This document shows, in pieces, positions 59,332 to 64,000 of a stretch of 64,000 bases of DNA. The stretch is taken from the NCBI RefSeq assembly GCF_018977255.1, contig NW_024704743.1, positions 61,940,001 to 62,004,000 of the forward strand, read 5' to 3'. Within the stretch, counting starts at the first letter, position 1, and each line of letters begins with the position of its first letter. This stretch comes from Callorhinchus milii (taxonomy: Eukaryota). The notes beneath the pieces were generated by a model. That model was not told the DNA's origin. It did no database searches and worked only from the letters and a program-made list of their open reading frames with translations. The position numbers and the translations under genes were made by a program.

Positions 59332-62300
59332 ATACATCTATGGTTTTAATCATTTCACCAGGGAGAAATGACACCTTTCTTAACAATGAGCAATCTGTTT
59401 CACTCCACAAATACACGGTCAATCCACTTTACAGTGTATCCTGTGAAGTGCTTTGAAACGTCTCAATGACTCAAATGTAAGGATTATTAATGTAGAAAAT
59501 AAGCAGTTACAATGCAGGAAACATTTAGTAAACATCCATTTTAAATACTTGTCTGTTACGTAACTGGGACACTTTTAGTAATATCCCTTCCTTTGTCCAC
59601 AAAACACACAGTCACTCCATTTTACAGTAAATCCTGTGAAGGACTTTGGGATGTCTTGATGTGAAAGGCACGATAACAATATAAGGATTATTACGTAATA
59701 ATAATAATAATCCTTGCATTTGACACAGCGCTTTTCAAGTCTTCTCGACATTTCAATACAGTATTACTATTCAGAACGAGCATTCTGGGTTTGGCAAATT
59801 TTTGAATTCAGCCTTAACTTTGAAGCCAGTTTTCTTTAGTTCTTAAAAGAAACATAAATAAACTAGCTTCAAAGTTAATACTGTATTTAAGGATTTGCAT
59901 GCTCTGAAATACTGCATCAATAGAGACCGAGGTGGAATTTCTCTTAACCTATGAGTAATTACACCATTTCTACTTTGAATGATGCATTTGATATAATAAC
60001 AATATCATACTTCTTTTTGATAGAGTTGCCGAAACAACTCAAAGTGCTTCACAGGATTTACTGTAAAGTGTGGTGACTGTATATTTAAGATAATTAGTTT
60101 GTAAAATGACCTGAGTGCACAAGTCTTGTCTGTGCAAAATCACCACAAGAGAAGCTATTGGCCAGAGAACCTACTGGCTCATCCATTTGGTCAAATACGT
60201 GAAGTGAACATTTACAGTTCCTGCACTTCATCTACAATAATAACAATCCTTGCGTTGGGTTTGTGTCAGCCTGATTTAGTTGGTATTAAGGGGTGCAAAC
60301 CCGTGATTTCGGGAGAACCATTACTATATGGGATCCCAGGAATAGTGGTACTGGTATTCCTCAAATCCTAGGATTCTAGCTCCTAGTTGATTAGTCAGAA
60401 GGTTGTGGGTTCAATTCCCACGTCAGGACTTAGAATCATAGAATCTAAGATGACTCTCCAAAGCAGTGCTGGGCATGTGCTGTAATGTTGGAGGGTCCCT
60501 CCTTCAGATGAGGCCTGAAACCGAAGTCCCGTCTCCCTGATCAGGAGGATATTAAAGATCCCATGATGCTATTCGAAAAGAAAAAGGCATTTCCCCCAGT
60601 GTCCTGGCCAATAATCCCCGAAATAAAATTGATCATTCACTTCATGGCTGTTTGTGGGATATTGCTATGTGCAAATTGGATCCCATGTTCTCTTCATTTT
60701 ACAATATATCCTGTGAAGTGCTTTGAGATTTTCTTCTGTCGTGAAAGGATTATATCAAATAAGAACATAAGAAATACTAGACAAAAAAAGACCAAGTTCC
60801 ATCTAGTTTGCCTTCCACCTTCCTGGTGGTCTCATGCACATATGTCCCGAACTACCTATGTACAATATCCCATAATATTGTTTCTTAAAAGAAAACTATC
60901 TAATGAGAGGATTATTATTATATAGTAAAATATTATTATATGGTATATTATTATACAGTACAACATCACCTAAAAATCTCAAAGATCTTCACAGGATTTT
61001 ACTAATAAGTGGAGTGATTGAGTTAGAGATGACGACAAGCGCCTGGATTTGAATTTTGAAGAGCGGATGGGCAGGTTACGGGGTTGAATCAGACTTTCAT
61101 TGCACAATACCAGGGACTGAAAATACACCCTCTTCCTCTTTAAATCTTTCACAGACTGAGGCTGAATGAGCTCATGTAAAAACACTGATCTGGGTCAGCA
61201 CATTTCTTCTCAAAATGTCAGCTAAGCACATCCACAAGGGAAATGGTGGGGTCAAAGTGAGGTTGTTCATTGCAGTCATTCAACTTGGTTGAAAAAGAAA
61301 ACAATGGGAGTGGGCAGCAAAACAAGTCGTGATCTAAGGTCACCGAGACAGTTAAGAAAATATCAACTGAGTTGTTGTTACAGACTTACTTCAGAAAAAA
61401 AACTGTGCAGATTCATGAACATTTACATAACTCAACTCATAGTATCAAAACTGTAGATACTTGTATTACTGTAGCTTAAAGCCACTTCCTTCTCACATAG
61501 AAATATTGGCTATAAGTTCAGGATGGACAAAAAAACATGTAAATTAATGTAACAGTGATTGAGGTGTCAGCCTGGCGCATTTAGTAGCTCAATTGGCTCT
61601 GAGTCAGAAGGTTTGGGTTCAAGTCCCATATCAGGACTTTTTGAGATCATAGTGGAGGCTGACGTTCCGTGTGTGATGCATTACAGAGGTACTGCCGTTA
61701 GGATAAGATGTTAACACTGAGGTCCTGTCTGTCAGTACAGTGGTTGTCAAAGATCATGTGACACTGATTAAAAACTTTATTAAAAAGCATTTTATGGATT
61801 ATGAATCTGGTCTAACCATATTATCCTTGCATTTGATACAGGGCCTTAGCACATCGTTGAGATGTCTCAAAGCGCTTTATAGCATTTCACTGTAATAATA
61901 CTGCAATGACTGTATGTATAGGCGAATGCGGGAGCCAATTGTACCCAGCGGTATCCCACAAACAGCCGTGCGTGATTGAGCTATCGTATTTGGGAGGGAT
62001 TGTCCAGAGCCGAGGGACGTCCTCTCGATGTAAAAGGTGATATATAAATGTAATTTTGTTGCTCTTGGTGTTGGCCCAGGACACTGGGGAGAAACTGCCC
62101 ACTGCTATATTCGAATTGTACCGGGATTTTTAACGTCCACCTGAACGGGCAGACGGGACCTCATCCGAAGGATGGCAACTCCGACAATGCAGTGCAACTT
62201 TCCCCATCACTGCATGGGAGAGTCAGCCTGGACTGTGAGGACCACGTCCCCACTGACCAACCAGACCACCTGGTGCCTCAGAGCTGTGAGTGCAGACACC

Positions 62301-62334
62301 TGAGCCCAGTCTGACATTGACACAGACTGCCTCA

Positions 62335-62630
62335 CCGGCTCCCTCTAGTGGCGCAGGGCTGCAATGCACCAAACCCTCCAGAGTTAACTCCGCCCCCCTC
62401 CCCAGCACACCCCACCCCCCGGGCACGTGACAAAGGAGCGCGTCGACTTCGATCACGTGGCGCGACGCTGGTCGCGTGACGAGGCGTTTCTTTCGGTTTT
62501 CCCCTCGGCGGCGAGGACGCGACGTTATTGCGTCACGCGCGCGAGGGTTCGGCAGTGTGACGTCGCTGCGTCACGTGAGCGGCTCGGCAGTCCCGGCGGC
62601 GCGCGGCCTCGCGGTGTTCGGCAGTAAACA
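62335..62630 (+). promoter_or_regulatory. CpG island / CHMP5 promoter with E-box (CLEAR-like), CRE-like and CTCF-like motifs
   Basis: CACGTG at 62424, 62454 and 62572; GTCGCGTGAC at 62471; TGACGTC at 62558; CCCTCTAGTGG at 62341. Confidence 0.78.
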
Positions 62631-62698
62631 TGAACCGTCTTTTCGGGAAAGGAAAACCCAGAGCCCCACCGCCCAACCTCACCGACTGCATCGGCAAC
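62630..62698 (+). CDS. CHMP5: CHMP5 (charged multivesicular body protein 5, ESCRT-III) coding exon 1; the gene continues beyond the window
   Basis: MNRLFGKGKPRAPPPNLTDCIGN followed by donor |GTGAGT, near-identical to the recalled vertebrate CHMP5 N-terminus MNRLFGKAKPKAPPPSLTDCIG. Confidence 0.94.
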
Positions 62699-62707
62699 GT
62701 GAGTACC

Positions 62708-63518
62708 CGCCCCGGCCACCGGGGCCAGGCCACCCCGGGGCCAGGCCACCCCGGGCCCAGGCCACCCCGGGACCACCCCGGGACCAGGCCACCCCGGGAC
62801 CACCCCGGCCACCGGGACCAGGCCACCCCGGGACCAGGCCACCCCGGCCCCAGAGCACCCCGGGACCACTCCGGGACCACCCCGGGCCCCCAGGCCACCC
62901 CGGCCCCCAGGCCACCCCGGGCCCCCAGGCCACCCCGGGCCCCCAGCCACCCCGGGCCCCCAGGCCACCCCGGGCCCCCAGGCCACCCCGGGCCCCCAGG
63001 CCACCCCGGGCCCCCAGGCCACCCCGGGCCCCCAGGCCACCCCGGGCCCCCAGGCCACCCCGGGACCAGGCCACCCCGGGACCAGGCCACCCCGGGACCA
63101 GGCCACCCCGGGGCCAGGCCACCCCGGGCCCCCAGGCCACCCCGGGCCCCCAGGCCACCCCGGGGCCAGGCCACCCCGGGCCAGGCCACCCCGGGCCCCC
63201 AGCCACCCCGGGCCCCCAGGCCACCCCGGGCCAGGCCACCCCGGGCCCCCAGGCCACCCCGGACCAGGCCACCCCGGGCCCCAGGCACCCGGGCCCCAGG
63301 CCACCCCGGCCCCCAGCCACCCCGGCCCCAGGCCACCCGGGCCCCAGGCCACCCCGGCCCCAGCCACCCCGGGCCCCCAGGCCACCCGGGACCAGGCCAC
63401 CCGGGCCCCCAGGCCACCCCGGGCCCCCAGGCCACCCCGGGCCCCCAGGCCACCCCGGGGCCACCCCAGGCCACCCCGGGCCCCCAGGCCACCCCGGCCC
63501 CAGGCCACCCCGGGCACC
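62708..63518 (+). repeat. GC-rich minisatellite, 16-18-bp unit (ccaggccaccccgggccc variants), in CHMP5 intron 1
   Basis: Directly visible tandem array with variant units. Confidence 0.96.
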
Positions 63519-63565
63519 GGCTGTGCGAGGTCTGAGGCAACCCGAGACTTAGCGACGCCCAAACT

Positions 63566-64000
63566 GTCTGTGTGTGTGTGTGTGTGTGTCTCTGTGTGTG
63601 TGTGTGTGTGTGTCTGTGTGTGTGAGTGTGTGTGTGTGTCTGTGTGTGTGAGTGTGTGTGTGTGTGTGTGTGTCTGTGTGTGTGTGTGTGTCTGTGTGTG
63701 TGTGTCTGTGTGTGTGTGTGTGTCTGTGTGTGTGTGTGTGTCTGTGTGTGTGTGTGTGTGTGTGTCTGTGTGTGTGTGTCTGTGTGTGTGTGTGTCTGTG
63801 TGTGTGTGTGTCTGTGTGTGTGTGTGTCTGTGTGTGTGTGTGTGTCTGTGTGTGTGTGTGTGTCTGTGTGTGTGTGTGTCTGTGTGTGTCGTGTCTGTGT
63901 GTCTGTCTGTCTGTGTGTCTGTCTGTGTGTGTCTGTCTGTGTGTCGTGTCTGTGTGTGTCTGTCTGTCTGTGTGTCTGTCTGTGTGTGTCTGTCTGTGTG
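63566..64000 (+). repeat. Compound (TG)n/(TGTC)n microsatellite running off the window end
   Basis: Directly visible. Confidence 0.98.

Noticed and set aside
62476..63562. Collagen-like Pro/Gly ORFs on both strands
   Set aside because: Artefacts of the GC-rich minisatellite. Only 62630-62698 matches CHMP5, and it is followed by a canonical donor.

Overview
Vertebrate genomic DNA, most likely a cartilaginous fish such as a chimaera (inferred from dense L2/CR1 LINE fragments and tRNA-Deu-L2-tail SINEs). I reconstructed three intron-containing genes by hand from GT-AG junctions and frame continuity. (1) NFX1 on +, complete: 24 coding exons, 3230-30900, about 1145 aa, with PAM2, RING/PHD, NF-X1 zinc fingers and R3H. 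(2) A gene on - that I do not recognise by name: 15 coding exons, about 57569-32335, about 1766 aa. It encodes a putative secreted mosaic protein: signal peptide, TSG-6-like Link module, ~1000-aa Ser/Thr-rich stalk, CUB, SRCR and two tandem Caspr/neurexin-IV-type fibrinogen-like modules, with no transmembrane segment seen. (3) Coding exon 1 of CHMP5 on + at 62630. The mosaic gene is the most interesting object in the window. Other observations: a candidate short-isoform terminal exon in NFX1 intron 15, convergent 3' ends with overlapping poly(A) signals, minisatellites grown inside interspersed repeats, CTCF-like and CLEAR/E-box motif clusters at the CpG-island promoters, and a fold-back element. 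Exon coordinates were counted manually. Repeat boundaries are approximate. No database searches were run, so comparisons to human genes come from recall.
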